DNA of 64,000 bases from Desulfobacterales bacterium (GTDB lineage: Bacteria > Desulfobacterota > Desulfobacteria > Desulfobacterales > UBA5852), in contig CAXXVS010000003.1 of NCBI GenBank assembly GCA_963674755.2, positions 1,024,001 to 1,088,000 of the forward strand. Reading direction: 5' to 3'. This document shows positions 18,829 through 28,683 of the stretch, piece by piece (the stretch's first letter is position 1; every line of letters begins with the position of its first letter). The translations under genes and the position numbers were made by a program. The notes below the pieces were generated by a model. It was not told where the DNA came from. It ran no database searches and saw only the letters and a program-made list of their open reading frames with translations.

Positions 18829-19566
18829 TTGCTTCTTATACAGGACCTTACCAAACGCTTCAACGGACAGCCGGTGATGGACGGCTTCGAGCTCACCGTG
18901 CCCACGAATGGATTCACGGTGCTGATAGGACCGTCGGGATGTGGCAAGAGCACCCTTTTCGATCTGCTCATGGGCATTGTCCCCATGGATCGGGGGCGTC
19001 TTGCCTGGCAGGGAGAGGACATCCCCGACCTCCGGGCCCTGGCGGCCTACATGCAGCAGCGCGATCTCCTGCTGCCCTGGCTCAGCCTGCAGAAAAACGC
19101 GGCCTTGCCGGCCGAGCTGGCTGGAACATCCTCGGCCCTGATTGCCGCCTCCGTGCAAGACCTTTTCCGCATTCTTAAGCTGGAAGGCTTTGAGGCCTAT
19201 CTGCCGGCCAAGGTGTCGGGCGGCATGCGCCAGCGCTGCGCCCTGGCCCGCACCCTTATGTTCGCCCGCGACCTGGTCCTGCTGGACGAACCCCTATCGG
19301 CCCTGGATGCCATCACCCGCCGGCAGCTGCAGGCCTATCTGCTTTTGTTGCAGACGGAATTCAACAAGAGCATTCTCATGGTGACCCATGATGTGGAGGA
19401 GGCCCTGCTGCTGGCCGACGACCTGCTGGTTCTGACCGCTCCTCCCATGCGGATCTGTGAGCGCTTTCGGCTGAAGGCGCCCAAACCACGGAATATGGCA
19501 CACCCCTCCTTTTTGGAGATGAAGGCCCGGGTGCTGGCGCGGCTGGAAGAGGAGGCCGGCTTGTGA
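18829..19566 (+). CDS. ABC ATPase (ThiZ/SsuB-like)
   Basis: GPSGCGKS, VSGGMRQR, LLDEPLSALD; start uncertain (TTG 18787 or 18829). Confidence 0.9.
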   Translation: MLLIQDLTKRFNGQPVMDGFELTVPTNGFTVLIGPSGCGKSTLFDLLMGIVPMDRGRLAWQGEDIPDLRALAAYMQQRDLLLPWLSLQKNAALPAELAGTSSALIAASVQDLFRILKLEGFEAYLPAKVSGGMRQRCALARTLMFARDLVLLDEPLSALDAITRRQLQAYLLLLQTEFNKSILMVTHDVEEALLLADDLLVLTAPPMRICERFRLKAPKPRNMAHPSFLEMKARVLARLEEEAGL

Positions 19567-20318
19567 CGAAGACTTATCTCATCGCGCCGGCCCTGCTGAT
19601 GACGGTGCTTGGCATATGGGAAGCCGCCTGCCGCATGGGCGGCATCCCGGCGTTCATTCTGCCGCCCCCCACCCGTATCCTGATGGCCGCGGTAAGCCAA
19701 GCGCCCCTGTTGCTGCCGCATGCGGCCACGACCCTGGTGGAGATTGTGGCCGGTATCGGGTTGGCCCTGGTCGTGGCCATTCCGCTGGCGGTGGTCATGC
19801 ACATCCGGCCAGCGGTGGAACGGGCCCTGGCGCCCTTTCTGATCGCTTCCCAGGCCATCCCCGTCTTCGCCCTGGCCCCGCTGCTGGTGGTCTGGCTGGG
19901 TTACGGCCTGGCCAGCAAGGTCCTCATGGCGGCGGTGATCATTTTTTTTCCCATTACCATCAGCCTGCTGGAAGGCTTCAAGAGCTGCGACCGCGACTAC
20001 CGTATCCTATTCGACCTCATGGGGGCCGGTTCCTTGCAGGCCCTGCGCCGGCTCTATTGGCCCTGGGCCCTGCCCTATTTTTTCGCCGGGCTCAAGGTGG
20101 GGGTCTCGGTGGCCACCATCGGGGCCGTGATTGGGGAATGGGTGGGAGCCCAGCAGGGGTTGGGCTATGTGATGATCCAGGCCAACGCCCGGCTCAAGGT
20201 GGATTTGGTCTTTGCGGCCATCTTGTGGCTGTCCCTGATGGGGGTAGGACTGTGGGCGCTGGTGGGGATTGTCGCAAAGCGCTGCCTGTGGTGGCAGAAT
20301 ATTCAAAATGGATCGTGA
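19563..20318 (+). CDS. ABC permease (ThiX/SsuC-like)
   Basis: FILPPP, SQAIPVFALAPLLVVWLGYG, GAVIGEW. Confidence 0.9.
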   Translation: MTKTYLIAPALLMTVLGIWEAACRMGGIPAFILPPPTRILMAAVSQAPLLLPHAATTLVEIVAGIGLALVVAIPLAVVMHIRPAVERALAPFLIASQAIPVFALAPLLVVWLGYGLASKVLMAAVIIFFPITISLLEGFKSCDRDYRILFDLMGAGSLQALRRLYWPWALPYFFAGLKVGVSVATIGAVIGEWVGAQQGLGYVMIQANARLKVDLVFAAILWLSLMGVGLWALVGIVAKRCLWWQNIQNGS

Positions 20319-20506
20319 GGGCCCAAGGGCCAAGGATTCGAGGGCCCCGGGGGTAAAGCAAAATCTGAAAAGCAAACCGTGGCGCCGATCAGTGTACTTC
20401 CGGTTTCTCATCCCATCGTCTGCTTCCCTTGGCCCCGGGACTCCTTGGCTCCTCGAACCCTATTCACCGATTGGCCAACTTATAACCACAAGGAGAAGAT
20501 ATTGAC

Positions 20507-21439
20507 ATGAAGCTCTACACGCGCATCCTTCTCGTCGCATGTTTCTTTCTGGCGGCTATCCCCTGCGCCCTGGCCCAAAACCTGACCCTGATGCTGGACT
20601 GGTTCCCCAATGTGGACCACCTGCCCATTTACGTGGCCCAGGAGGAGGGCTATTTCGCGGCGGAAGACTTGCAGGTGAAGATCATAAGTCCTTCGGATAC
20701 CGCCGATGCCTTGAAGCTGGCGGTGGCCGGCCAAGTGGACCTGGCGGTGTCCTACGAGCCCCAGACCATCATCGCGGCCGCGGAGGGGCTTCCGGTGCGC
20801 GTGGCCGGACGACTGGTGGCCCATCCCCTGACGACCCTCCTGTTCTTGAAGAAGAAGGGTTACACTTCGCCTGCCGAGCTTAGCGGGCAGACCATCGGGT
20901 ACACGGTGCCGGGGCTGATGGACATCCTCCTGGAAGCATTCGCCCAAAAGAACGGCATCACCGGTTACAAGGCGGTCAACGTGGGTTTCAACATCGTGCC
21001 GGCCCTGACGTCCGGTCAGGTGGCGGCCGTCATGGGGCCCTTCAAGACCTATGAGACCGTCACCATGGCGGCCGAAGGCATCGAGGCCGCCTATTTCGAA
21101 CTCGAAAAGTGGGGTATCCCGGACTATGACGAGCTGATTTTCATTTGCGGTGCCAAGACCCTCGAGACCAAACCGGAGATGGTGGCCGGTTTCCGGCGGG
21201 CCGTGGCCCGCGGGTTGGAAGAGACCCGTCTCCATCCTGCAGAAGCTCTGCAGGCCTATTTCAAAGCCGTACCGGACGTGGATCGAAAAATAGAGACGGC
21301 GGCTTTCGAGAAGACCCGACCCTTCTTTGCCGCAACCCAGGAGATCGATCCCGAGCGCTGGCAGGCTTTTGCCGACTTTGCCCTGGCCAACGGCCTGATT
21401 GCCCGCCCGGTGGCGGTGGCGCCGCTGCTGGCGCCTTGA
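20507..21439 (+). CDS. NMT1/THI5-like substrate-binding protein (ThiY)
   Basis: Signal peptide, LMLDWFPNVDH, YDELIF; downstream of a TPP riboswitch. Confidence 0.9.
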   Translation: MKLYTRILLVACFFLAAIPCALAQNLTLMLDWFPNVDHLPIYVAQEEGYFAAEDLQVKIISPSDTADALKLAVAGQVDLAVSYEPQTIIAAAEGLPVRVAGRLVAHPLTTLLFLKKKGYTSPAELSGQTIGYTVPGLMDILLEAFAQKNGITGYKAVNVGFNIVPALTSGQVAAVMGPFKTYETVTMAAEGIEAAYFELEKWGIPDYDELIFICGAKTLETKPEMVAGFRRAVARGLEETRLHPAEALQAYFKAVPDVDRKIETAAFEKTRPFFAATQEIDPERWQAFADFALANGLIARPVAVAPLLAP

Positions 21440-21617
21440 AGGGACGGACATCGAGGATTGGGAAAAGACCTTGGGGTCGTATCAGACCAACGGATGGCGG
21501 TGTTGAGCACCGCGCGTAAGCCGCGGCGGGCTGGCGATCGGAATCGTTACCGCGTGATGGCGAAGCTTATTCGAAGGTCTCGCGATGGGGATAGCGATTT
21601 CGATTTTGGAAGGTGCG

Positions 21618-23219
21618 TCACACCCCGCCGTGCTGGAAAGAGGTCAGGTGAGGGGGGACGTTGCGCAGAAGGGTGCCGTCAAAAGCCCTGCAGATGCCCA
21701 CCCTGAGAGCCTGGGGCAGTAGTGGCTTTAGCGCCGTGAATTGCTCTTCCGGGCAGGCGAAAAGGAGTTCGTAGTCTTCGCCACCGGTCAGGACGGTTTC
21801 CTCGGGGGAGAGACCGCAGACTTCGCAGAAGGCGCGCAACCCCTCGTGGCGCGCGGCGGCCGACGGGTCCAGGTCGATGGTCAAGGACGACGCCGCAGCG
21901 ATGTGGGCCGCATCGCCGGCCAGGCCGTCGCTGATGTCCATGACGCAGCGGACGCCGTGGGCGGCCAGGACCTCCGAGGCGTCGAAGCGTGCCCGGGGCC
22001 ACCGGAAGCGTTGCACCAGTTCAGGGAAGCGCTCATCGTTCCTTTGCAGGGCCAGCAATCCGCAGCGGGCCAGCCCCAGCGGGCCGGTGGCATAGAGGCC
22101 ATCCCCGGCCCGGGCGGCGCTACGGCGCGGGAAAATGTCTTGCCGGCCTTCACCCACCGCGAAAAGATCCAGCGCCAGGCGCCCGGCGCGGGAGATGTTC
22201 CCGCCGCCCAGGCGGCAGGCGTTGCGTTCCAGGGCCGTATAGATCCCTTGGTAGATGTCACGAACCGCCGTTTCCGACAGGGCCGGTGGCAGCCCCAGGT
22301 TGACGAACAGGCTGACCGGCCGGGCATAGCAGGCGGCCAAATCGCTCAAGGTGACCTCCACGGCCCGTTCACCCAGGGTTGCGGGGTCGAGCCAGGCGGA
22401 TCGGAAGTGGATGCCTTCCCGCTGAGTATCGGTAGTGATGACCGGGCAGGTCAGGGAGGCCAGCAGGGCCGCATCGTCGCCCGGCGGAACGGTGGCCTCG
22501 TCTGACGGCATTTGTTCCAGGCTGGGGGCCACCAGCGCGCGGATGAGCCCGAATTCGTCCTGCCAGCCTTCCTCCAGGCGGCGGGGACGGCAGCCGCAGG
22601 CCTCGCCCAGCCGCGTCGCCGCTTCCAGAGGATCCGCCGCTCGGGAAACCGCGCTGATGACGGCCACACCGGCGGCGCCGGTGTGCAGGCAGTCTGCGGC
22701 GCGGCGGGCCGTGATGCCGCCGATCGCTACCACCGGCAGGGGGGCCTGCCGCACGATCTCCGCCAGGCCGTCAAGGCCCCGCACCGGTTTGGCATCGGCT
22801 TTGGTTCCGGTGGCGAACACCGGTCCACTGCCCACGTAGTCGCAGGGGGCCAGATCGGTTTGCTGCAGTTCGGCCGGCGTCGAGACGGAGACCCCGATGA
22901 GCGCCGCGGGTCCCAATATGGCCCGTGCCTCCCGGGGATCGGCGTCCGTCTGGCCGAGGTGCACCCCGTCGGCGCCCACGGCCCTGGCCAGCAGCACGTT
23001 GTCGTTGATAAGCAGCGGGACCCCGTTGGTGCGGCAGACATTGCGGATGCGACGCACTTCTTCGTAGTCCGGCAGTGTAAAATGTTTGTTGCGGTACTGC
23101 ACGCAGCCGGCGCCCCCCTGGAGCGCGGCACGCACCTGATCGAGGGCGGAAAGGGCGGGGGCCTGGTCGTCGGTGATGAAATAAAAGCGCAAAATTTGGG
23201 ACAAACGCGAGGGATGCAT
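21618..23219 (-). CDS. thiE: fused thiamine-phosphate synthase / thiamine-monophosphate kinase (ThiE-ThiL)
   Basis: ThiE part: VQYRNK, LINDN, DGVHLGQTD, GPVFATGTK, VAIGGI; ThiL part: EFGLI, GDDAA, SDLAA, MDISDGL, GGEDYELLF. Confidence 0.92.
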   Translation of the reverse strand: MHPSRLSQILRFYFITDDQAPALSALDQVRAALQGGAGCVQYRNKHFTLPDYEEVRRIRNVCRTNGVPLLINDNVLLARAVGADGVHLGQTDADPREARAILGPAALIGVSVSTPAELQQTDLAPCDYVGSGPVFATGTKADAKPVRGLDGLAEIVRQAPLPVVAIGGITARRAADCLHTGAAGVAVISAVSRAADPLEAATRLGEACGCRPRRLEEGWQDEFGLIRALVAPSLEQMPSDEATVPPGDDAALLASLTCPVITTDTQREGIHFRSAWLDPATLGERAVEVTLSDLAACYARPVSLFVNLGLPPALSETAVRDIYQGIYTALERNACRLGGGNISRAGRLALDLFAVGEGRQDIFPRRSAARAGDGLYATGPLGLARCGLLALQRNDERFPELVQRFRWPRARFDASEVLAAHGVRCVMDISDGLAGDAAHIAAASSLTIDLDPSAAARHEGLRAFCEVCGLSPEETVLTGGEDYELLFACPEEQFTALKPLLPQALRVGICRAFDGTLLRNVPPHLTSFQHGGV

Positions 23220-23224
23220 GGCCG

Positions 23225-23815
23225 CTATCCCCTTTGGCCCGAATACCCGGGGGTGCCGTTGCCGTTTTCGAACCGGCGGGCCCAGGCCTTGAAGCGGCGG
23301 ATCGGTTCCGGACCGTAGCGCTCAAGGAGCGCGGCCACTTCTTCGACCGTACGCGGTTTCTCTCCCTGGGCCCTGTTTTTGGAGAAGAATTTGTCGGCGT
23401 AGCAGATGATCTCTTCCTCGATGGTTTGGGGCTGCATGTCGCGAATCGGCAGGGGCAGCTGCTGTTCTTCGATATCCCGGGCGCTCAACCCAAGGCCCAC
23501 ATGCCGTTCACAGACCAGAGCATGCCGGGGAAGGCCGTGCTTTTCCAATAGCTCCCGCCCCAGGACGCCGTGGCAGATATAGGGCTGGCTGCCGCGGCAG
23601 TCCAGGACCGGCGTGTCCGTCATGAAGATGCCGATATCATGCAGCAGGGCGGCCTCGAACAGGAAGGGTTTGTCCACGGGACCCGAATCCGGACGGTCCG
23701 CGATGGCCAGGGCTTTGGCGGCCACCTGCTCGCCGTGCCGTTTCAGGATATCATAGGTGGCCGAGCCCCGCGGGTAGTATTCCCGCATGACGGCATCAGC
23801 GTCGATGGTGCTCAC
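23225..23815 (-). CDS. HD-domain (HDIG) phosphohydrolase
   Basis: H..V, ALLHDIG, HGVLG, CERH, ICYADKFFSK. Confidence 0.9.
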   Translation of the reverse strand: MSTIDADAVMREYYPRGSATYDILKRHGEQVAAKALAIADRPDSGPVDKPFLFEAALLHDIGIFMTDTPVLDCRGSQPYICHGVLGRELLEKHGLPRHALVCERHVGLGLSARDIEEQQLPLPIRDMQPQTIEEEIICYADKFFSKNRAQGEKPRTVEEVAALLERYGPEPIRRFKAWARRFENGNGTPGYSGQRG

Positions 23816-23859
23816 GTGTTTGATTCCTCAAAGCTTCCGGAAGGCGCATTTGCCCCACG

Positions 23860-24967
23860 CTATGCATGGGCCTGCTGTTGCGACAGCAGCCAGGCTTCGA
23901 TGAAGGGGTCCAGCCCGCCGTCCAGGACTTCGTTGACATTGCCCACATCCATGCCGAGGCGATGATCCTTGACCATCTGGTAGGGATGCAGCACATAGGA
24001 GCGGATCTGGTTGCCCCAGGCGATGTCCGACTTGCTGTCGTGAATTTTTTGCATCGCTTCGTCCTGCTTCTGCTTTTCATAGTCATAGAGCCGGGCCCGC
24101 AAAACCTTCATGGCCAGGTCGCGGTTGCGGTGCTGGGATTTCTCCTGCTGGCACTGGACCACGATGCCCGTGGGATGATGGGTGATGCGCACCGCGCTGC
24201 TGGTCTTGTTGACATGCTGACCGCCGGCGCCGCTGGCCCGGAACACGTCGATACGCAGATCCTTCTCCTCGATGTCGATGTCGATCTCCTGGTCCAGCTC
24301 GGGATAGACAAAGACCGATGCAAAAGAGGTGTGACGCTTGCCGCTGGCATTGAAGGGCGAAATCCGCACCAGCCGATGGACGCCCTGCTCCGCCTTGAGG
24401 TAGCCATAGGCATTTTCGCCCACGGCCGTGAAGGTCACGCTCTTGATGCCGGCCTCGTCGCCGGGCTGCAGATCGATGATCTCGGACGTATAGCCCTTGC
24501 GCTCCACCCAGCGCGCGTACATGCGAAAGAGCATTTCGGCCCAGTCCTGGGCCTCGGTGCCCCCGGCCCCGGCATTGATGGAGACGATGGCATTGTTGGC
24601 ATCGTTTTCACCGTCCAGCATCAGAGACAGGGAGAAACGTTCGATGGCCTCGCTCAGGGTGTGCAGATTGCGGCCGATCTCGGCCAGCGTGGCCTCGTCG
24701 CTTTCTTCGAGGGCCATCTCCAGCAGCATCGCGTTGTCTTCGGCATCCTGGGAGAGGCTGTGAAAGTGGTCGATCTTGTTGGCCAGTACGGTGCGCTCCT
24801 TCAGGAGCGGTTTGGTTTCTTCGGGTTTGTCCCAGAAGCCGTCCTTGGCGATGATGGATTCGATTTCCTTGAGGCGGTTTTCTTTGTTGGCGAGGTCAAA
24901 GATAGTCCCGGATCTGATGGAGGCGGTCGCGGATTTCGTGCAGGGTTTGTTTCATTTCGGCAGACAT
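23860..24967 (-). CDS. prfB: peptide chain release factor 2 with programmed +1 frameshift
   Basis: ATG 24967; codon 23 lies in CGGGAC-TAT-CTT-TGA-C (CTTTGAC at 24901-24895); the +1 frame joins the ORF containing SPF and GGQ. Confidence 0.97.
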
Positions 24968-25115
24968 GGTGGCAAGCTCCTTTTTAAGCGCAGGCGGCCC
25001 GGCGCCTGGATTTTAATGTTATTGGCGACTCCATAATAGTGCAAGGCTGCTAATTCTTCAAGCTGTTCTCCTGATGGCAAGAGCAGGCTGGGGCAAGTCT
25101 TAAGCGGTGCGGGGA

Positions 25116-26687
25116 TCAGCGGGTTGAGCGGCGCCGCCGCAGCCAGGGAACCAGCATCAGGACGCCTGTGACGGTCAGGCAGACGATGGCAAAGGCATCG
25201 CCCAGGCGGGCATAGAGAGTGCGGTTCGTGAGGCAGGGCACGCTCCGGATGCGGACGGCCGTCTCGAACAGGCCGGTGGGGTCGAGGATGCGGCCGCTGG
25301 GTGCGATATAACCGCTGATGCCGGTGTTGGTGGCGCGCACCAGGCTGCGCCGGGTTTCCACGGCCCGGAAAACGTATTGGATCAGGTGCTGATAGGGGGC
25401 GCTGGTGACGCCGTACCAGGCATCGTTGGTGAGGTTGATCAGCAGATCGGCGCCATTGTTCACGGCGGCCCGGGCCAGATTGGGGAAGATGCCGTCGTAG
25501 CAGATGAGGGGCCCGATGCGGTGGTTTTCGTACGCGAGAATGCCGCCCGGCTGGCCGGCTTTGAAATCCCCCACCTGGGCCACGATCTTGCCGATGAACG
25601 GCAGCCACTTCCGGAGGGGTACATACTCTCCGAAAGGCACCAGGTGGGCCTTGTCGTAGCGGGCCACCGCCTCGCCGTCAGGCTTCAGCAGGTAGGCGCT
25701 GTTGAAATAGGCCAACTGGTCGCCGTCCTTTTGCACGGTCGGGCTGCCGATCACAAAAGCGCAGTCTGTGCTGCGAACACCCCGCTGTACCATGCGGGTC
25801 AGGGCGCCGTTATGGAAAAGGTAAAAGGGCGTGGCGGTTTCCGGCCAGACGATGAGGTCCGGCTTTTGAGCCGCCAACTGACGGGAAAGCTGCACATAAG
25901 TTTTGGTGGAACTGATCTGGAAAGCCGGATCCCACTTCTCGGCTTGGGGAATGTTGCCTTGGACCAGGCCGACTTTGAGTTCGGGCGCCGCGGCGGCCAG
26001 CCGTTCGATCTGTCCCAGCCGGAGATGGCCGTAACCCAGGGTCGCCGTCAGGCAGAGGACAGGCACGATCAGGCCGCGCCCGGCCAAAGCCTTGGAAACC
26101 GGCATGCCCTGCCAGGATTTGCCGGAGCGGGACAGAATCAGGAGGAACAGCGCCATATTGACAAGGACAATGAGCGCCGAGAGGCCGTAGACGCCCCACA
26201 GATCGACGCTTTGTATCAGGGTCAGCCAGCGGTACTGGGAGTGGCCCAGGTAGCCCCAGGTAAATCCCGTCAGGACAAAGCTGCGCAGATACTCCAAGGC
26301 GGCCCAGAGCAGGGGGGCGGTTGCCAGGGCGCGTACGGGCGTGCGCCCGATGTGAACAGCCAAGGCGCAGAAGAGTGCCGTGTAAAGCGCGAGATAGGCG
26401 CAGAAAAGAAGCAGGACCCCCACCGAAACATAGAGCGGCAGATGGCCGTAAGCGCTCATGGTATGCACCAGCCAATAGATCAGGCCGATGGCGTGCGCCA
26501 TGCCGGCGATCCATCCCAGACGAAAGGCGGTCCCGATCGTGACGTCCCGCAGGGCCAGCAGAAGGGGAATCAGGGCCGCCCAGGCGACCCAAAACCAGCC
26601 CGTGCGGGGAAACGCGGCCGTCATCAAGGCACCGGAGAGCAGTGCAAGAAAAAGTTTGGAGCGGTCGATGGGTCGCGTATCGGTCAT
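25116..26687 (-). CDS. lnt: apolipoprotein N-acyltransferase
   Basis: TM N-terminus, VQGNI, VWPE, YDKAHLVPFGEYVP, ICYD, TNDAWY, RATNTGIS. Confidence 0.96.
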   Translation of the reverse strand: MTDTRPIDRSKLFLALLSGALMTAAFPRTGWFWVAWAALIPLLLALRDVTIGTAFRLGWIAGMAHAIGLIYWLVHTMSAYGHLPLYVSVGVLLLFCAYLALYTALFCALAVHIGRTPVRALATAPLLWAALEYLRSFVLTGFTWGYLGHSQYRWLTLIQSVDLWGVYGLSALIVLVNMALFLLILSRSGKSWQGMPVSKALAGRGLIVPVLCLTATLGYGHLRLGQIERLAAAAPELKVGLVQGNIPQAEKWDPAFQISSTKTYVQLSRQLAAQKPDLIVWPETATPFYLFHNGALTRMVQRGVRSTDCAFVIGSPTVQKDGDQLAYFNSAYLLKPDGEAVARYDKAHLVPFGEYVPLRKWLPFIGKIVAQVGDFKAGQPGGILAYENHRIGPLICYDGIFPNLARAAVNNGADLLINLTNDAWYGVTSAPYQHLIQYVFRAVETRRSLVRATNTGISGYIAPSGRILDPTGLFETAVRIRSVPCLTNRTLYARLGDAFAIVCLTVTGVLMLVPWLRRRRSTR

Positions 26688-26730
26688 ATCGGCATCGTTC
26701 GTGTTCTTTGGGGACCGGTTGCCCGGCCAT

Positions 26731-26757
26731 AAAAAAACCTCGCCCTGCGGGGAAGGT
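26731..26757 (-). terminator. intrinsic terminator-like hairpin just upstream of lnt
   Basis: Minus strand ACCTTCCCC-GCA-GGGCGAGGT followed by a T run. Confidence 0.55.
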
Positions 26758-27038
26758 GATGGGGTGCGGTCGCCTGATTCGGGTGGGGATTATCCGGCAG
26801 GCATTCGCCGGCTGTCAATTCTTTTTTGACGGTTTCGTGGAACGGCCAAGCGCTGCGTTGCGCGACCACGGCTTATAGAAAGAGGGCGTCTTGCCACTTG
26901 GAGGGGGTGCGCCGGGGCCATCGCTGGGGGGGGGCACGAGGATGATATCCATCCAGGGCGACGGGGCCGGGGCGGCCGCACGGTAAAGGCTCGCCCGGCT
27001 CTGACGAGGAAGTTTAAGAGGGGGGTGCCTGGTTGCGG

Positions 27039-27248
27039 TCAGGCATCGCAAGGGTCCGGCACCTGGCGACGGGGGGATTGCATGCCGTCGAAGAAGTTGT
27101 CGCGATAGCAGGCGTCACAAAAGTCGGTTCCATCCATGCTCAGGATGCTCTGGGGGGCGGTCATCTCTGTTCCGCAGACAGAACAGCGGTGGGCCCGTTT
27201 CAAGTGCGCGGCAAGTGATCGGTCGGTTTTCCTCTCATTGGTTTGCAT
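27039..27248 (-). CDS. small zinc-finger-like protein
   Basis: CSVC-x15-CDAC; GGGAGG RBS. Confidence 0.6.
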   Translation of the reverse strand: MQTNERKTDRSLAAHLKRAHRCSVCGTEMTAPQSILSMDGTDFCDACYRDNFFDGMQSPRRQVPDPCDA

Positions 27249-27600
27249 CTTTCTGCCTCCCTTGGTCTAATGACCAATATAGATTAATCGATATGTGCGC
27301 CAGACGTCAGCGCACCGCGGAATTTAATGTTTCGCTTTATATTTTGAAGCGTTACGAAACAACCGGAAGCATGGAAGGGTGGCCGCGGAAATTCAATAAT
27401 GTCATATTTATACCCGCCACAAAACAAAACTATAATCATTAACGGCGTGTTTGTCATCCCCTGGAAAGAAAGGGTTGCAGCCCGGCGCGGATTGAGGCAA
27501 AGATTCAGAGCCGATTGGGCGCTCGTAACGCTGTGCCGATGGTGCTTCCCGCTGATCGAGGCATCGCCGCTTAACCTACACGAGGCCGAGGAGGGCTGCC

Positions 27601-28029
27601 ATGCGTATCCGTCAGGTTTCCGTTTTTATGGAAAAGGCACTGGAGCGTTTTCGGGAAGTTACCGAGTTGTTTCGCGACGCCGGCATCAATATCCGGGCCC
27701 ATTCCCTGGTGGGACACAGCAACACACCTTACAAAATCCTGCGGATGATCGTCGATAACACCGAAACGGCCGCCGCGGTGCTGAAAAACCGTGGTCTCAG
27801 CGTCAAGGTGGAGGATGTCCTGGCTGTGGAAGTGGACCACCGCGCCGGGGGGCTGCACCGCATCCTGGAGATTCTCGATGCCGAGGGCCTGGAGCTTCGC
27901 TACACCTATGCCGCCGCCCATGATGTCTGCCAGAAGGCCGCCATGGTGTTGAGCTTCGACGATCTTGACCGGGCCATCGAGACCCTGGACGAGCAGGGCG
28001 TGGCGCTTATCCCATCCAAACACTTTTAG
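27601..28029 (+). CDS. tandem ACT-domain protein
   Basis: MRIRQVSVFME..GINIRA..ILRMIVD..VLAVEVDHRAGGL..Y.Y. Confidence 0.88.
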   Translation: MRIRQVSVFMEKALERFREVTELFRDAGINIRAHSLVGHSNTPYKILRMIVDNTETAAAVLKNRGLSVKVEDVLAVEVDHRAGGLHRILEILDAEGLELRYTYAAAHDVCQKAAMVLSFDDLDRAIETLDEQGVALIPSKHF

Positions 28030-28062
28030 GGGGCGATGGGGCGTTTCCTGTTGGTGGCCGCT

Positions 28063-28150
28063 CGAAAAGAAAGGGGGCGGTCGCTGTTGACGGCCGCCCC
28101 CGATTCAAGGAGGTTTGAAAAGATACGTTACGCGTTCTGGCCAACGCTTG
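28063..28150 (-). ncRNA. candidate sigma28-dependent small RNA
   Basis: Upstream TAAA-N15-GTCGATAA; internal ACCTCCTT; ends in an 11-bp GC hairpin plus TTTCTTTT. Confidence 0.5.
28065..28101 (-). terminator. intrinsic terminator
   Basis: GGGGGCGGCCG-TCAACAG-CGACCGCCCCC-TTTCTTTT on the minus strand. Confidence 0.75.
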
Positions 28151-28156
28151 TAATGG

Positions 28157-28183
28157 TTATCGACCCCGTTGGCAAAACCTTTA
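28157..28183 (-). promoter_or_regulatory. sigma28 (FliA)-type promoter
   Basis: TAAA(28183-28180)-N15-GTCGATAA(28164-28157); one mismatch to TAAA-N15-GCCGATAA. Confidence 0.6.
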
Positions 28184-28341
28184 GCTTTTTTTAGGCGACG
28201 TCATAATTTGTCCCCTATCGACGTTGGGTGGCGGCCTTCGCAGCACGCCTTGCGCTTTGTACGCCTTGATCTTGAGCGATTTACGGAACCGTCTGTTTCG
28301 ACACCGCTGACGACGTCGTTTAAGATTGATTATTTTTTAAC

Positions 28342-28683
28342 ATGATGAACGATGCCTATTCTGAAATCGCCGAGATCATTTTCGCCTCCCACGGGGATGC
28401 CGTGGGGGTGGCCTACCTGGAACTGGACTGCGGCTGCGCGAGGCTATGCGGGGTCTCCCGCCAGGGTGCGCCGGTGGGAGATGTTTTCAACGTGTCAGGT
28501 CAGCCGTCCACGCGCAACCTTGAGCCGCTAGTATGCCTCAAGTGCTACCGGGACAAGGGCTTTGCCGTGCAAAGAGCCGCGCGCCAGGGCATTCTGTGGG
28601 CTGATGCGCCCCCGCGTCGAACGGGACCGGAGGAGCGTATGCGAATCGGGCATGTTGTTTTCGGGGACGATTTTCGCATCTGA
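28342..28683 (+). CDS. hypothetical Cys-containing protein
   Basis: LDCGCARLCG...VCLKC. Confidence 0.6.
   Translation: MMNDAYSEIAEIIFASHGDAVGVAYLELDCGCARLCGVSRQGAPVGDVFNVSGQPSTRNLEPLVCLKCYRDKGFAVQRAARQGILWADAPPRRTGPEERMRIGHVVFGDDFRI

Noticed and set aside
23860..26732. Long antisense ORFs 23866..24987 and 25377..26732
   Set aside because: GC-rich mirror frames of prfB and lnt with no recognisable motifs.
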